Notes: generated from the letters alone by a model not told the origin. A stretch of 64,000 bases of DNA from an uncultured Anaerolineales bacterium (GCA_964397995.1 CAYNLG010000002.1:34444-98443); one strand, 5' to 3'; counted from the stretch's first letter, positions 9,546 to 19,007 are shown. Program-made: numbers and translations.

Positions 9546-11519
9546 ATGCGCCGCACTACTGGCCGCATCGCCCTGACCCTGACGTTCGTCCTCGCCGCCG
9601 CCGCCGTCGCCGGCGCCTGGCCGGAGCCCGTCCCGGGCTTCAAGCCGCCCGCCCCGGGCGAGCACCCGCGGCTGCTCTTCCGCGAGGGGGACCTGCCCGC
9701 GATCCGCAAGCGGGCCGAGACGCCCGAAGGCAAGGTCATCGTCGAGCGCCTGAAGCAGCAACTCCAGGGCGCCTTCACCACCTGGCACCCCGCCGGCTAC
9801 GCCTTCCTCTACCAGCTTACCGGCGACGAGGCGTACGCGAAGCAGGCGGCCGAGACGGCCCTGGCCGTCATCGGCGGCAAGGGCAACAAGGACGACCGGT
9901 ACTCGTGGCCGGGCAAGGGCCAACTCCGGGCCGGGCCGGTCATGGCCGGCGTCGCCCTGGCCTACGACCTCGGCTACGACGGCTGGGACGACGCCACCCG
10001 CCGCCGCGTCGCCGAGGGCCTCCAGGGCAACCCGCACTACGACGCGATCGCCAATTCGCCCCGCCACGGCCCCGGCTGCAACCACTTCGGCGCCCACCAG
10101 GGCGGCCTCGGGTTCACGCTGCTGGCCCTCCGGGGCGACCCGGGGGTCGACCAGGCCCGCCTCGAAAAGCACCTCGAGAAGGTCACCAAGGGCGCCATGC
10201 GCGAGATCACCGAGGGCTTCGGGACGCGCGGCTACTACTACGAGGGGCACCACTGCGGCCGCCTGTCGGGCAACACCGGCCTCATCCCCTTCATCCAGGC
10301 CATGCGCGTCGCGGGCGGCAAGGACCTCGTCAACGGCTGCGAGAACGCCCAGTGGCTCGCCGCCAAATGGTGCTACGAACTCCTGCTCCAGCCCGACGGC
10401 TCCTACGCCGACCTGGAGCGCGGCATGTATTGCCGCAACTTCCAGCGGGGCGAGCAGCTCTCCAGCGACGGCGACTTCGCCGAGGGGTTCGGCATCATCC
10501 CCGACGCCTGGAAGGGCGCCCTGAAGTGGACCTTCAACCACGTCGTCCAGCCCGGCCCGAACAAGGACTACGACGTCGTCGAGTACCCCCACCACGCCAT
10601 CTTCGCCCTGGTCAACTGGCCGATCGACGTCCCCGAACAGAACCCCGGCGAGGTCTTCCCCCGCGTCATGCACGACCGCGGGCCCAACTACTTCGTCTTC
10701 CGCAGCGGCTGGGGCACCCCCGAGGGCGACCTCATCACCACCGCCCTGCTCGGCAGCAAGCCGGGCGGCGGGCGCGGCATGGCGAAGGGCGGCTCCGTCA
10801 TGGTCCTCGGGCGCGGCATCCGGTACACGTTCCCGGCCATGTTCTACACCTGCGAACTCAGCCACGCCTACTTGGCCGCCGACGGCTCCGGCACCATCAC
10901 CGGCATCCTCCTCGATGGCGTCTCGGACAAGAAGGCCAAGCCCGCCATTGCCCTCGGCAAGGCCCCCAACTGCCTGGCCGTCGACTACAGCGCCGCCTCC
11001 GGGGCCGACCTCCTGGTCGCCTACACCGGCCCGCAGATCGGCCACCGCACCGAATACTGGCTCGACATCAAGAAGGCCCAGGTCAAGGACGAGAAGGGCG
11101 CGGGCGGGTATTTCACCAAGACGACACCGCTCAGCTGTGGCGGCCACGACTTCTACGTCATGACCCTCCAGAAGGGCGCCGCCCCCGAGCCGCGCGTCGA
11201 CGGCAACCGCATCACCGTCGGCAAACAGACGATTGCCTTCGACGGGCAGAAGCTGGTCCTCGGGACCATCGCCGGACCGATGGGCGGGCCCTCGGCGGCG
11301 GGCGGCGCGGGGTCGCGTGCCACGGCGTCCCGCCCCGCCGACCCGGAGAAGGACGCCCTCCGGATCAAGAACCTGACCCGACGCCTGGACTACGCCAAGA
11401 CCCTCATCGAGCAGAACCAGGCCCGGCGCGCCAAGCTCATGCTCCACGACATCGCCACCAACCACGGCGACACCGAACCCGGCCGCGAGGCCGCCAAACT
11501 GCTGGAGACGCTGAAGTAG
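9546..11519 (+). CDS. Secreted heparinase II/III-like or alginate-lyase-like (alpha/alpha toroid) protein with a C-terminal conserved module
   Basis: Signal peptide MRRTTGRIALTLTFVLAAAAVAGA. The N-terminal half resembles the heparinase II/III or alginate lyase toroid (WHPAGYAFLYQLTGDEAYAKQAAE...). The family call is tentative. The last ~50 aa duplicate the tail of the upstream small protein. Confidence 0.55.
   Translation: MRRTTGRIALTLTFVLAAAAVAGAWPEPVPGFKPPAPGEHPRLLFREGDLPAIRKRAETPEGKVIVERLKQQLQGAFTTWHPAGYAFLYQLTGDEAYAKQAAETALAVIGGKGNKDDRYSWPGKGQLRAGPVMAGVALAYDLGYDGWDDATRRRVAEGLQGNPHYDAIANSPRHGPGCNHFGAHQGGLGFTLLALRGDPGVDQARLEKHLEKVTKGAMREITEGFGTRGYYYEGHHCGRLSGNTGLIPFIQAMRVAGGKDLVNGCENAQWLAAKWCYELLLQPDGSYADLERGMYCRNFQRGEQLSSDGDFAEGFGIIPDAWKGALKWTFNHVVQPGPNKDYDVVEYPHHAIFALVNWPIDVPEQNPGEVFPRVMHDRGPNYFVFRSGWGTPEGDLITTALLGSKPGGGRGMAKGGSVMVLGRGIRYTFPAMFYTCELSHAYLAADGSGTITGILLDGVSDKKAKPAIALGKAPNCLAVDYSAASGADLLVAYTGPQIGHRTEYWLDIKKAQVKDEKGAGGYFTKTTPLSCGGHDFYVMTLQKGAAPEPRVDGNRITVGKQTIAFDGQKLVLGTIAGPMGGPSAAGGAGSRATASRPADPEKDALRIKNLTRRLDYAKTLIEQNQARRAKLMLHDIATNHGDTEPGREAAKLLETLK
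11358..11519 (+). repeat. Copy 2 of the ~160-bp duplicated C-terminal-module coding segment
   Basis: See copy 1. The copies are exactly 2000 nt apart in the same orientation and both end at a stop codon. Confidence 0.8.
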
Positions 11520-11566
11520 GCCGCGCGCCCCCGCCCCGTGCGGCCGATGGGGAAGCCGGGCGGCCC

Positions 11567-11595
11567 TTGAATCGGCCGCCCGCGGCGGCTAGAAT
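11567..11595 (+). promoter_or_regulatory. Sigma70-type promoter for tRNA-Lys (TTGAAT-N17-TAGAAT)
   Basis: A near-consensus -35/-10 pair with a 17-nt spacer. The -10 ends 18 nt before the tRNA 5' end. Confidence 0.45.
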
Positions 11596-11612
11596 CTGAT
11601 GCCCGAACGGGT

Positions 11613-11685
11613 GGGGGCGTAGCTCAGTTGGTAGAGCAACGGCCTTTTAAGCCGTGGGTCGAGAGTTCGAGTCTCTCCGCCCTCA
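11613..11685 (+). tRNA. tRNA-Lys (anticodon UUU), CCA not encoded
   Basis: A manual cloverleaf was built. Acceptor GGGGGCG/CGCCCUC, D-arm GCUCAGUUGGUAGAGC, anticodon stem ACGGC/GCCGU with loop CUUUUAA, T-arm GAGAGUUCGAGUCUCUC. Confidence 0.9.
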
Positions 11686-11686
11686 C

Positions 11687-11714
11687 TTGACAAACGGGCG
11701 AGCGGTCGCATAAT
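11687..11714 (+). promoter_or_regulatory. Sigma70-type promoter for tRNA-Glu (TTGACA-N16-CATAAT)
   Basis: A perfect TTGACA lies directly after the tRNA-Lys 3' end. An AT-rich -10 (CATAAT/ATAATA) sits ~55 nt before tRNA-Glu. Confidence 0.45.
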
Positions 11715-11767
11715 ACCTCGCCCCGCGGGTGGCAAGGCGTCGGTCCCGCCGCCCGGTCGGCTCTCGT

Positions 11768-11842
11768 GGCCCCATCGTTCAATGGTTAGGACACGGGCTT
11801 TTCAAGCCTGCAATGCGGGTTCGAATCCCGCTGGGGTCACCA
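11768..11842 (+). tRNA. tRNA-Glu (anticodon UUC), CCA encoded
   Basis: Acceptor GGCCCCA/UGGGGUC, a Glu-type D region UAGGACAC, anticodon stem CGGGC/GCCUG with loop UUUUCAA, T-arm GCGGGUUCGAAUCCCGC, then A-CCA. Confidence 0.9.
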
Positions 11843-11944
11843 TGGCCCAAGCCCCGCGGCTCAGGCCATGGCAGAGCCGACGCACCAGCGGCGGTCGCCT
11901 CTCCTGCTCGCCTCTCTGCCGTTCGCACAGTTCGCGGGCCCTGC

Positions 11945-12502
11945 CTATCCTCCCCGCTCCCCCGCCCCGCGCGCATAGTCCGGATACACCGCCCGCACCT
12001 CCTCGTCCCAGGCCTGCCCGGGCGGCATGACGGCCAGCTTCTTCCGGATGCCCGCCAGGTGCCGCGCCGTGTGCATCCGCATCCGCTCGACGTACGCCGG
12101 GAGGGCGCGCGGCGGATGGGTCGGGTACCGGACCGCCTCGACGGCGAGGTGCTCGGGGCCGAGCGCGGCCGAGAGCGCCGCCACCCGCTCCCGCAGCTCC
12201 TTCACCAGCCGCGCCAGCGCGTACGGCGTCGGCCCGTGCCACGCGAAGATGGCCGTGTCGGCCTTCACCGTCTCCGGCGTCGCATGCCCGGCAAGCGCGC
12301 GGCCCAGCTCGACCGCCGCCCGGTGCTCGCAGTTCACGCAGTGGGTCACCGCCCGGAGGATGGGCCAGACGTCCTCGCCGGGCGGCACCCAGTGGACCTG
12401 GTCCTCGCTCAGCCCGCGGAGGCCGGCCGCCATCTCGTCCAGCATGGCGGCGACCTCGCCCAGGGTCGCCTTGACGTCGCCCAGCTCGGTCTCGGGGGTC
12501 AT
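11945..12502 (-). CDS. DinB/YfiT-like (DinB_2 family) putative metal-dependent protein
   Basis: A 185-aa helical protein with His-containing motifs spaced as in DinB_2 (WHGPTPYALARLVKE, HTARHLAGI). Start at MTPETELGD. Confidence 0.5.
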   Translation of the reverse strand: MTPETELGDVKATLGEVAAMLDEMAAGLRGLSEDQVHWVPPGEDVWPILRAVTHCVNCEHRAAVELGRALAGHATPETVKADTAIFAWHGPTPYALARLVKELRERVAALSAALGPEHLAVEAVRYPTHPPRALPAYVERMRMHTARHLAGIRKKLAVMPPGQAWDEEVRAVYPDYARGAGERGG

Positions 12503-12721
12503 GCGTCGCTCCCACCTGGTTCGCGTTCCGGTTTGCTCGTCCTCCGCGGCGGCGTGGCCGGTTCCAATCCGACGGCCTCCAGGCCACACGTTCGGCGGCC
12601 GCACCGCGCGCGACCGCGCCCCCATCCTGCGCGGTCAGGCCGGCGGTGACAAGCGCCTGCCGGCGCGGGGCGTCGTGGCCGGCGGGGGGGGGGCGGAGGC
12701 CGCCGCGCCGACGGTGCCCCC

Positions 12722-12751
12722 TTGACCCCGCGCCCGCAAATCGGATAGAAT
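12722..12751 (+). promoter_or_regulatory. Sigma70-type promoter upstream of perR-katA-prx (TTGACC-N18-TAGAAT)
   Basis: The -35/-10 pair lies 16-50 nt upstream of the Fur-family gene start. The spacer is 1 nt longer than optimal. Confidence 0.4.
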
Positions 12752-12767
12752 CCGAGGTAGGATAAAG

Positions 12768-13259
12768 TTGGAACCCAGGGGCCGGAGACGCCAGACCGCC
12801 ATGGCCGCCCCGAAGCACGACCTTGACCGCCGCGTCGACGCGTTCATCGACGCCTGCCGCGCGCGCGGCCTGAAGGTCACGCCGCAGCGGACGGCCGTCT
12901 TCCGCGAGCTCGCCCGCACCGAGGGCCACCCGGACGCCGAGACCCTCTGGGCGCGGGTCCGCGAGACCCTCCCCGCGATCGCGCGCGACACGGTCTACCG
13001 GACGCTCGCGACGCTCGAGGCCGAGGGCTTCGTCCGCAAGGTCGACACCCTGGGCGAGCGGACCCGATACGACGCCGACCTCGGGGCCCACCACCACTTC
13101 ATCTGCACGGGGTGTGGCTTGGTCAGGGACTTCGAGAGCGCCCAGCTCGACGCCTTCACCCCGCCGCCCGAGGTGGCCCGCTGGGGCGACGTCGAGTACG
13201 TCCAGGTCCAGCTGCGCGGCCTGTGCAAGGCGTGCCGGCGCAAGGCCGGGAAGCGATGA
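12768..13259 (+). CDS. perR: Fur-family transcriptional regulator, probably peroxide-responsive PerR (alternative ATG at 12801)
   Basis: Fur-family winged-helix fold with the HHHFIC and two CxxC motifs (CTGCGLVRD...CKAC). Sits immediately upstream of catalase and peroxiredoxin. Confidence 0.75.
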   Translation: MEPRGRRRQTAMAAPKHDLDRRVDAFIDACRARGLKVTPQRTAVFRELARTEGHPDAETLWARVRETLPAIARDTVYRTLATLEAEGFVRKVDTLGERTRYDADLGAHHHFICTGCGLVRDFESAQLDAFTPPPEVARWGDVEYVQVQLRGLCKACRRKAGKR

Positions 13260-13365
13260 ACCGAGCCGCGCCGGCCCGGACGGCCGGTGCGCCGCATACC
13301 GAAGACACGGACAGACGCCGAACCTGACAGGGGGGCCCCACCCCCGACGCCCAAGGAGGCAGACC

Positions 13366-14904
13366 ATGCCCAAGAAAGGGAAGACGCGCACGAACGAGGC
13401 CAAGGCGCCGCGGCTGACGACGGCCGCCGGCGCGCCGGTCGGCGACGACCAGAACACGCTGACCGCCGGTCCCCGCGGGCCGGCCCTGATGCAGGACGTG
13501 CACCTGGCGGAGAAACTGGCCCACTTCAACCGCGAGCGCATCCCGGAACGCGTCGTCCACGCCAAGGGCGCGGGGGCCTACGGCGTCTTCGAGTGCACCG
13601 CCGACATGTCGGAGTATACGCGCGCGGCCTTCCTCTCGGAGGCCGGCAAGCGGACCGAGGTCTTCGCCCGGTTCTCGACGGTGGGCGGCGAGAAGGGCTC
13701 GGCGGACGCGGCCCGCGACCCGCGCGGCTTCGCGGTCAAGTTCTACACCGAGGAGGGCAACTACGACATGACCGGCAACAACACGCCGGTCTTCTTCATC
13801 CGCGACCCCCTGAAGTTCCCCGACTTCATCCACACGCAGAAGCGGCACCCGGCCACCGGCGCCCCGGACGCCGACATGTTCTGGGACTTCCTCTCGCTGA
13901 CGCCCGAGTCCATCCACCAGGTGACCATCCTGTTCTCGGACCGCGGCACGCCCCGCGGCTACCGCCACATGAACGGCTACAGCAGCCACACCTTCAAGTG
14001 GTACAACGCCAAGGGCGAGTACGTCTGGGTCCAGGTCCACTTCAAGACCGAGCAGGGCATCCAGAACCTGGACCGCGCCGAAGCCACGCGCCTGGCGGGC
14101 GAGGACCCCGACCACGCCACGTGCGACCTGTACGAGGCGATCGCGCGCGGCGAGCACCCGTCGTGGCGGGTCTGCGTCCAGATCATGCCTCCCGACGAGG
14201 CCCGCACTTACCGCTGGAACATCTTCGACATCACCAAGGTCTGGCCGCACGCCGACTACCCCCTCATCGAAATCGGCCGCATGACCCTCACCCGCAACCC
14301 CGCGAACTACTTCGCGGAGGTGGAGCAGGCGGCGTTCAGCCCGGGGAACCTGGTGCCGGGCATCGCGGCGTCGCCGGACAAGATGCTCCAGGCCCGGGTC
14401 GTCTCGTACCACGACGCCCACCTGCACCGCCTGGGGCCGAACTACCCGTTGCTGCCCGTCAACGCCCCGAAGGCCGCCGCGGCCGCCAACTACCAGCGCG
14501 ACGGCGCGATGCGCTTCGACGCCAACGGGGGCGGCGGGCCGAACTACTGGCCCAACTCCATGGGCGGGCCCGCGCCGGAGGCCGGTACCGACGAGCCGCC
14601 CCTCGGCCTGGAGGGCGAGGCCGCCCGCCATCCCCAGCCCCTGACCGACGACGACTTCGTCCAGGCCGGCGCCCTGTACCGCGACGTCATGACCGACACC
14701 GACCGCGCCCACCTCGTGGGCAACCTCGTCGCGCACCTGGGCGGCGCCCGGGAGCGGATCCAGCTCCGCCAGGCCGCCCTCTTCTTCAAGGCCGACCCGG
14801 ACTACGGCCGCCGCGTCGCCGAGGGCCTCGGCCTCGACGCCGCCCGCGTCGAGGAGCTGGCCACCATGAGCCAGGACGACCGTGTCGCGGCCACGTCCGC
14901 GTGA
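13366..14904 (+). CDS. katA: Catalase (monofunctional heme catalase, small-subunit clade)
   Basis: An SD sequence AAGGAGG lies 7 nt upstream. Catalase core motifs are present ([36 protein letters not shown]-like region). Length is 512 aa. Confidence 0.92.
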   Translation: MPKKGKTRTNEAKAPRLTTAAGAPVGDDQNTLTAGPRGPALMQDVHLAEKLAHFNRERIPERVVHAKGAGAYGVFECTADMSEYTRAAFLSEAGKRTEVFARFSTVGGEKGSADAARDPRGFAVKFYTEEGNYDMTGNNTPVFFIRDPLKFPDFIHTQKRHPATGAPDADMFWDFLSLTPESIHQVTILFSDRGTPRGYRHMNGYSSHTFKWYNAKGEYVWVQVHFKTEQGIQNLDRAEATRLAGEDPDHATCDLYEAIARGEHPSWRVCVQIMPPDEARTYRWNIFDITKVWPHADYPLIEIGRMTLTRNPANYFAEVEQAAFSPGNLVPGIAASPDKMLQARVVSYHDAHLHRLGPNYPLLPVNAPKAAAAANYQRDGAMRFDANGGGGPNYWPNSMGGPAPEAGTDEPPLGLEGEAARHPQPLTDDDFVQAGALYRDVMTDTDRAHLVGNLVAHLGGARERIQLRQAALFFKADPDYGRRVAEGLGLDAARVEELATMSQDDRVAATSA

Positions 14905-14962
14905 CCGCGTGATCCGTACCCGAAACCGCTGTCAGACCCCCGCACACGAAAGGAGCCGTTCC

Positions 14963-15646
14963 ATGGACGAGCAACGCCGCATGCCGCTTATCGGCGAGAA
15001 GGCCCCGGCCTTCAAAGCCGAGACCACCCAGGGCCCGATCAACTTCCCCGACGACTACAAGGGCGAGTGGGTGGTCTTCTTCTCGCACCCGGCCGACTTC
15101 ACGCCGGTCTGCACCACGGAGTTCATGACGTTCGCCTCGATGGCCGACGAGTTCCGCGACCTGAACTGCGAGCTGCTCGGCCTCTCGATCGACTCCACCT
15201 ACAGCCACATCGCGTGGCTGCGCACCATCAAGGAAAAGATCGAGTACAAGGGCATGAAGAACGTCGAGGTCATGTTCCCGGTCATCAGCGACCTGACGAT
15301 GGACGTCGCGAAGGCCTTCGGCATGCTCCAGCCCGAGGCCAGCACCACGCAGGCCGTCCGGGCGGTCTTCATCATCGACCCGGAGGCCACGGTCCGCGCG
15401 ATCCTCTACTACCCGCTCGCCAACGGCCGCAACATGGACGAGGTCAAGCGCCTGCTGCTGGCGATGCAGCACTCGGACGAGTACGGGATCGCGACGCCGG
15501 CGAACTGGCGGCCGGGGGACGACGTCATCATCCCGCCGCCGGGCTCGTGCGGCAGCGCGAAGGAACGCGTCTCGAAGGCCGGCGCCGACACCAAGGTCCT
15601 GGACTGGTTCCTGACCCTGAAGAGTTGTCCGCACGGCGAGAAGTAG
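14963..15646 (+). CDS. Peroxiredoxin (1-Cys/Prx6-type)
   Basis: An SD sequence AAAGGAG lies upstream. The peroxidatic motif is FTPVCTTE. Length is 227 aa. Confidence 0.9.
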   Translation: MDEQRRMPLIGEKAPAFKAETTQGPINFPDDYKGEWVVFFSHPADFTPVCTTEFMTFASMADEFRDLNCELLGLSIDSTYSHIAWLRTIKEKIEYKGMKNVEVMFPVISDLTMDVAKAFGMLQPEASTTQAVRAVFIIDPEATVRAILYYPLANGRNMDEVKRLLLAMQHSDEYGIATPANWRPGDDVIIPPPGSCGSAKERVSKAGADTKVLDWFLTLKSCPHGEK

Positions 15647-15854
15647 GCGTGCGGCCAAGGCGCCGCGGGCGCCTCACCCCCTGGTGAACACCGCGGGCGG
15701 GCGGCATCCGGTGCGTGCCGTCCGCCTTGCGCGCCAAACGGGCGGCCGCGCGGCCGCACTGCGACGACTTCGCCCACTGGGGCATCGGCGGGCTGAACCG
15801 CGATTTCCTGGTGCCGCCCGAAGCCGTCACGTACGAGACGATCCTGGACGCCCC

Positions 15855-17774
15855 CTACCGCCGCCCACGCTGCCACGCCACGAGCGACCGCGGCGCCACG
15901 CGCTGCCCCGGCGACTCGACCCAGCCCCACGGCTCGCGCAGCGGGCCCGCGACGTCGCCCGTCGCCCCGCGATAGACGATCCGCTGCCCGTACGCCCCGT
16001 GGACACCCACCGCCACGAATCCCGGCGTCTCGTCGTGCAGGCCGGCCGTCGCGTGCCGCCGCCACACCTTGTACGGGTCGTACCACCCGCGGCACCAGTT
16101 CCAGAGCACCAGGCCCGGGCCGTGGCGCGGCGGGACGGCGTGCGGCGCCCCGCCCCCCTTCAGCACCCCGCCGACCAGGCCGTCGAACAGGGTGTCCAGG
16201 CCCAGCCCGCCGTGCAGGTCGATCGCGCTCGGCTCGTCCATCGACGCGTCCACCACCGCGTTGCCGCACGGCGTCCCCTGCACGTTGAACCCGTGCATGC
16301 TCCGCCCCGCGTGGCACCCCAGGTACAGGTTGCCCGTGCTCCACCCGCCCAGGCCGAAGCCGTTGTGGCCGGGGTTGCCGGTGATGCGACAGCGGCGGAC
16401 GACGCAGCCGAGGCAGTCGTTCAGGCCGATCGCGCTGGTCGTGTGCTCGTGCACCAGGTCGTCCACCCAGCCGGCCCGCACCCGACGCAGCTTCACGTGG
16501 TCCCAGCCGTTGTCGTGCTCCCCGTTCTTGTGATGCACGAAGTACCCGCCCCACCGGCCGCGCATCCGCATCCCCGCGACCCCCGAGGCCACCAGCATCG
16601 GCACCCGGCAGAGCACCGCCGCCCACCGCCCGATGCCCCGGTGCAGCGGCGCGTCGATCCGCACCCGGTCGCCGTCGACCGCTTCCACCGCCACCAGCTG
16701 CGCCACCAGCGGCGTCCCCGCGCCGCGCCAGTCGGCGGCCACCTCGACGCGGCCCCGCACCAGGTCCCGCGCCAGCGACCCGTCGTCGGCCTCCAACTGG
16801 CGCAGCAGATACGCCTCGCCAGCACGGAGCCCGGCGGCGTCGGCCACGCGCAGCTCGCGCCCCCCGCGTGCGCCGCCCGTCACCACCGTCAGCGGCTCGG
16901 GCGCCGGCTCCGCCGCCGGCCCGATGATCATCAGCGGATGCTCCGCCGCACGCCACGGCTCGGCCGGGTCCGGCGTGTCGCTGTACCGGTGATTGACGAG
17001 CAGCGTCCCGTCCGGCCCGCTCCCCGCGCCGCGCAGGACGACGTGGCTGTGGCGAATCCGAAGCGGCGGGCACTTCCGGTCCACGCTCAGGTCGTACACC
17101 CCACGCCCCAGCTGCACCACCCCGCCCCCCGCCTCGCCGGCCGCGTCCAAGGCCGCCTGGATCGGCCCGCTCGCCTCCTCGCCGCTGTCCGGCCGCGCCC
17201 CGTATGCCGCCGCGTCGAACACCGGCAGCCCCGGCGTCGGGTCGGTCGTGCCCCGCCCGGCGTACGAGAAATCGTACAGCCGCCCCGCCGGCCCGTCGCG
17301 CTCGAAGGCCTCGAGAATCTCCAGCGGCCCGTGCGCCACGCCGCGGCTCGCCGGCGGCTCCGCCTCGAACCGGGCCTCGACCTCCCCGGCCACGGCCTCC
17401 CCGTTATACGTCCCCGCGAACGTCCCCCCCGTCGCCCCCCCCGACGCGTCCGCCAGCGTGACGGCCAGCGCGATCGCCCCGCCCGCCACCGTCCACGCGT
17501 CCGGCGCGATGAACCCCTCGGCCTCGATCGTCTGCGCCGCCGACCCCGCCGCCATCCGGAACTCGTGCAGACTGCTCACCAGGTCCGGCGTGTGGCCGAG
17601 CCCCTCACGGTCCCACACCCCGTCCCGCCGCCGCCACTCCAGCACCAGGTCATGCCGGCGCCCGCTGCCTGCAAACGGCAGCGCCGCGCGACACGTCAGC
17701 CACAGGGTCCCGCTCGCCGCCGCCTCCGTAAACAGCTCCGCCATTCCGCCTCCCGCCTTCGGCTCCCCCGTCAT
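15855..17774 (-). CDS. Right-handed parallel beta-helix (pectate-lyase-like) repeat protein with no obvious signal peptide
   Basis: Gly/Asn-rich beta-helix repeats (GNPGHNGFGLGGWSTGNLYLGCHAGRSMHGFNVQG). The ATG overlaps the stop of the upstream gene (ATGA). The start was chosen at MTGEPKAGGG; the listed ORF extends further as a G/R/P-rich artefact. Confidence 0.5.
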   Translation of the reverse strand: MTGEPKAGGGMAELFTEAAASGTLWLTCRAALPFAGSGRRHDLVLEWRRRDGVWDREGLGHTPDLVSSLHEFRMAAGSAAQTIEAEGFIAPDAWTVAGGAIALAVTLADASGGATGGTFAGTYNGEAVAGEVEARFEAEPPASRGVAHGPLEILEAFERDGPAGRLYDFSYAGRGTTDPTPGLPVFDAAAYGARPDSGEEASGPIQAALDAAGEAGGGVVQLGRGVYDLSVDRKCPPLRIRHSHVVLRGAGSGPDGTLLVNHRYSDTPDPAEPWRAAEHPLMIIGPAAEPAPEPLTVVTGGARGGRELRVADAAGLRAGEAYLLRQLEADDGSLARDLVRGRVEVAADWRGAGTPLVAQLVAVEAVDGDRVRIDAPLHRGIGRWAAVLCRVPMLVASGVAGMRMRGRWGGYFVHHKNGEHDNGWDHVKLRRVRAGWVDDLVHEHTTSAIGLNDCLGCVVRRCRITGNPGHNGFGLGGWSTGNLYLGCHAGRSMHGFNVQGTPCGNAVVDASMDEPSAIDLHGGLGLDTLFDGLVGGVLKGGGAPHAVPPRHGPGLVLWNWCRGWYDPYKVWRRHATAGLHDETPGFVAVGVHGAYGQRIVYRGATGDVAGPLREPWGWVESPGQRVAPRSLVAWQRGRR

Positions 17775-18322
17775 CCTCCTCCCCCACCGGCGCCCGCCGC
17801 CGCCTGCCCCGCCAGCAACTGCCGCACCCGGTACCGCTCGTACATCGGCCGCAAGTGCCCCGCGCGGCTCACGCTGTACCGCCCCCGCGCGTACCGGTCG
17901 TAGATTTGCCGGAGAATCCAGATGCCGCGGTCCCCCTCCTCGCGCATCATGCGGCCACACGGGCACCCGCCCTTGGCGGCCGTCACCACCGGCACCGTCT
18001 CGGTCCCCGCCGACCCCTTCAGCACCTCCTCGACGCGGAGGTCGGACCGCGCGTAGGTCGTGCCCGCCAGGGGCGTGACCGGCCCCAGTGTCCCGACCAC
18101 CACCAAGTCCGCCCATCGAAGGTATGTCGCCAGCGGCTCGTCCTCGAACGGTCTGGCCTCGCCCGCGCCGGCCGCCCCCCCGTTCGTCGGCGCCGGCGTC
18201 GCCCGGTCCGGCACCCGCACCGCCTCCGGCCCGCACGCCGGCACCACGAGGCCCGCCATCGCAACCGCCGCCGCCATCGCCATCGCCGCCCGGGCTATCA
18301 CCGCCTTCGGCCCTCCCCGCAT
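17771..18322 (-). CDS. Small secreted/lipoprotein-like protein (183 aa), translationally coupled to the beta-helix protein
   Basis: Signal peptide MRGGPKAVIARAAMAMAAAVAMAGLVVPAC. The stop TGA overlaps the downstream ATG. Confidence 0.5.
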   Translation of the reverse strand: MRGGPKAVIARAAMAMAAAVAMAGLVVPACGPEAVRVPDRATPAPTNGGAAGAGEARPFEDEPLATYLRWADLVVVGTLGPVTPLAGTTYARSDLRVEEVLKGSAGTETVPVVTAAKGGCPCGRMMREEGDRGIWILRQIYDRYARGRYSVSRAGHLRPMYERYRVRQLLAGQAAAGAGGGGG

Positions 18323-18551
18323 CCCGCCTCCCTCACTTCGGCTCCCCGCCCGCAGTCTACGCCCCACCCCGCGCCCGTGCCAGTGCCCGCCGCCTTGCCG
18401 TCGCGTTCTCTATGGACTGCGGCGGCACCGACGCCGCTTTGGCTGTCGTGGCCTGACCCTTTTCGCCGTGTTGCCGGTCCCCGTTCTTCTGAAATCTCAA
18501 ATCTTACATGTGCATGCGTCGCCTTCCGTTGCCATTGGCCCGCATCCCGGC

Positions 18552-19007
18552 TTACCGACGTTTCTGTCGAAAAAACGCCGTCAACACCTCCCCGCATGCT
18601 TCGGCCATCACCCCCCCCGTCACCTCCACACGATGGTTCAGGCGCGGCTCTTCCAGCAGCCGGAACACCGACGCCACTGCCCCCGCCTTCGGGTCCGTCG
18701 CCCCGTACACCAGCCGGTCCACCCGCGCAAGCACCATCGCCCCGGCGCACATCGCGCACGGTTCCAGCGTCACGTAGAGCGTGCACCCGTGCAGCCGCCA
18801 CGACCCCACCGCCTCGGCCGCCTGGGTGATGGCCAGCATCTCGGCGTGGGCCGTCGGGTCGCGCAGCATCTCGCGCTGGTTGTGGGCCCGCGCGATCCGC
18901 CGCCCTTCGTGCACGATCACGCACCCGACGGGCACCTCGTCCGCGTCCAGGGCCTCGCGGGCCGCCCGCAGCGCCTCGCCCATCCACCGCGCATCGTCGT
19001 CGGCCAT
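18552..19007 (-). CDS. tadA: tRNA-specific adenosine deaminase (A34 to I34 in tRNA-Arg ACG)
   Basis: CDA-fold zinc motifs HAEMLAI and PCAMCAGAM. Length 151 aa. Start at MADDDARW, 52 nt downstream of tRNA-Arg on the same strand. Confidence 0.88.
   Translation of the reverse strand: MADDDARWMGEALRAAREALDADEVPVGCVIVHEGRRIARAHNQREMLRDPTAHAEMLAITQAAEAVGSWRLHGCTLYVTLEPCAMCAGAMVLARVDRLVYGATDPKAGAVASVFRLLEEPRLNHRVEVTGGVMAEACGEVLTAFFRQKRR

Noticed and set aside
9387-11465. 692-aa minus-strand ORF antisense to the heparinase-like gene; also 9905-11599 on the plus strand
   Set aside because: GC-artefact composition. The plus-strand frame 9546-11519 has a signal peptide and protein-like sequence, and its duplicated C-terminal module confirms the frame.
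15684-17903. 739-aa plus-strand ORF (and others at 16993-18078 and 17855-18829) over the beta-helix locus
   Set aside because: P/R/A-rich composition with no domain-like motifs. The minus-strand frames carry recognisable beta-helix repeats and a signal-peptide gene with an ATGA junction.
18500-18551. Hairpin CGACGTTTCTGTCG followed by AAAAAA downstream of tadA
   Set aside because: In the tadA (minus) direction the T-run precedes the stem. In the plus direction the run is A, not T. It does not fit an intrinsic terminator in either orientation.
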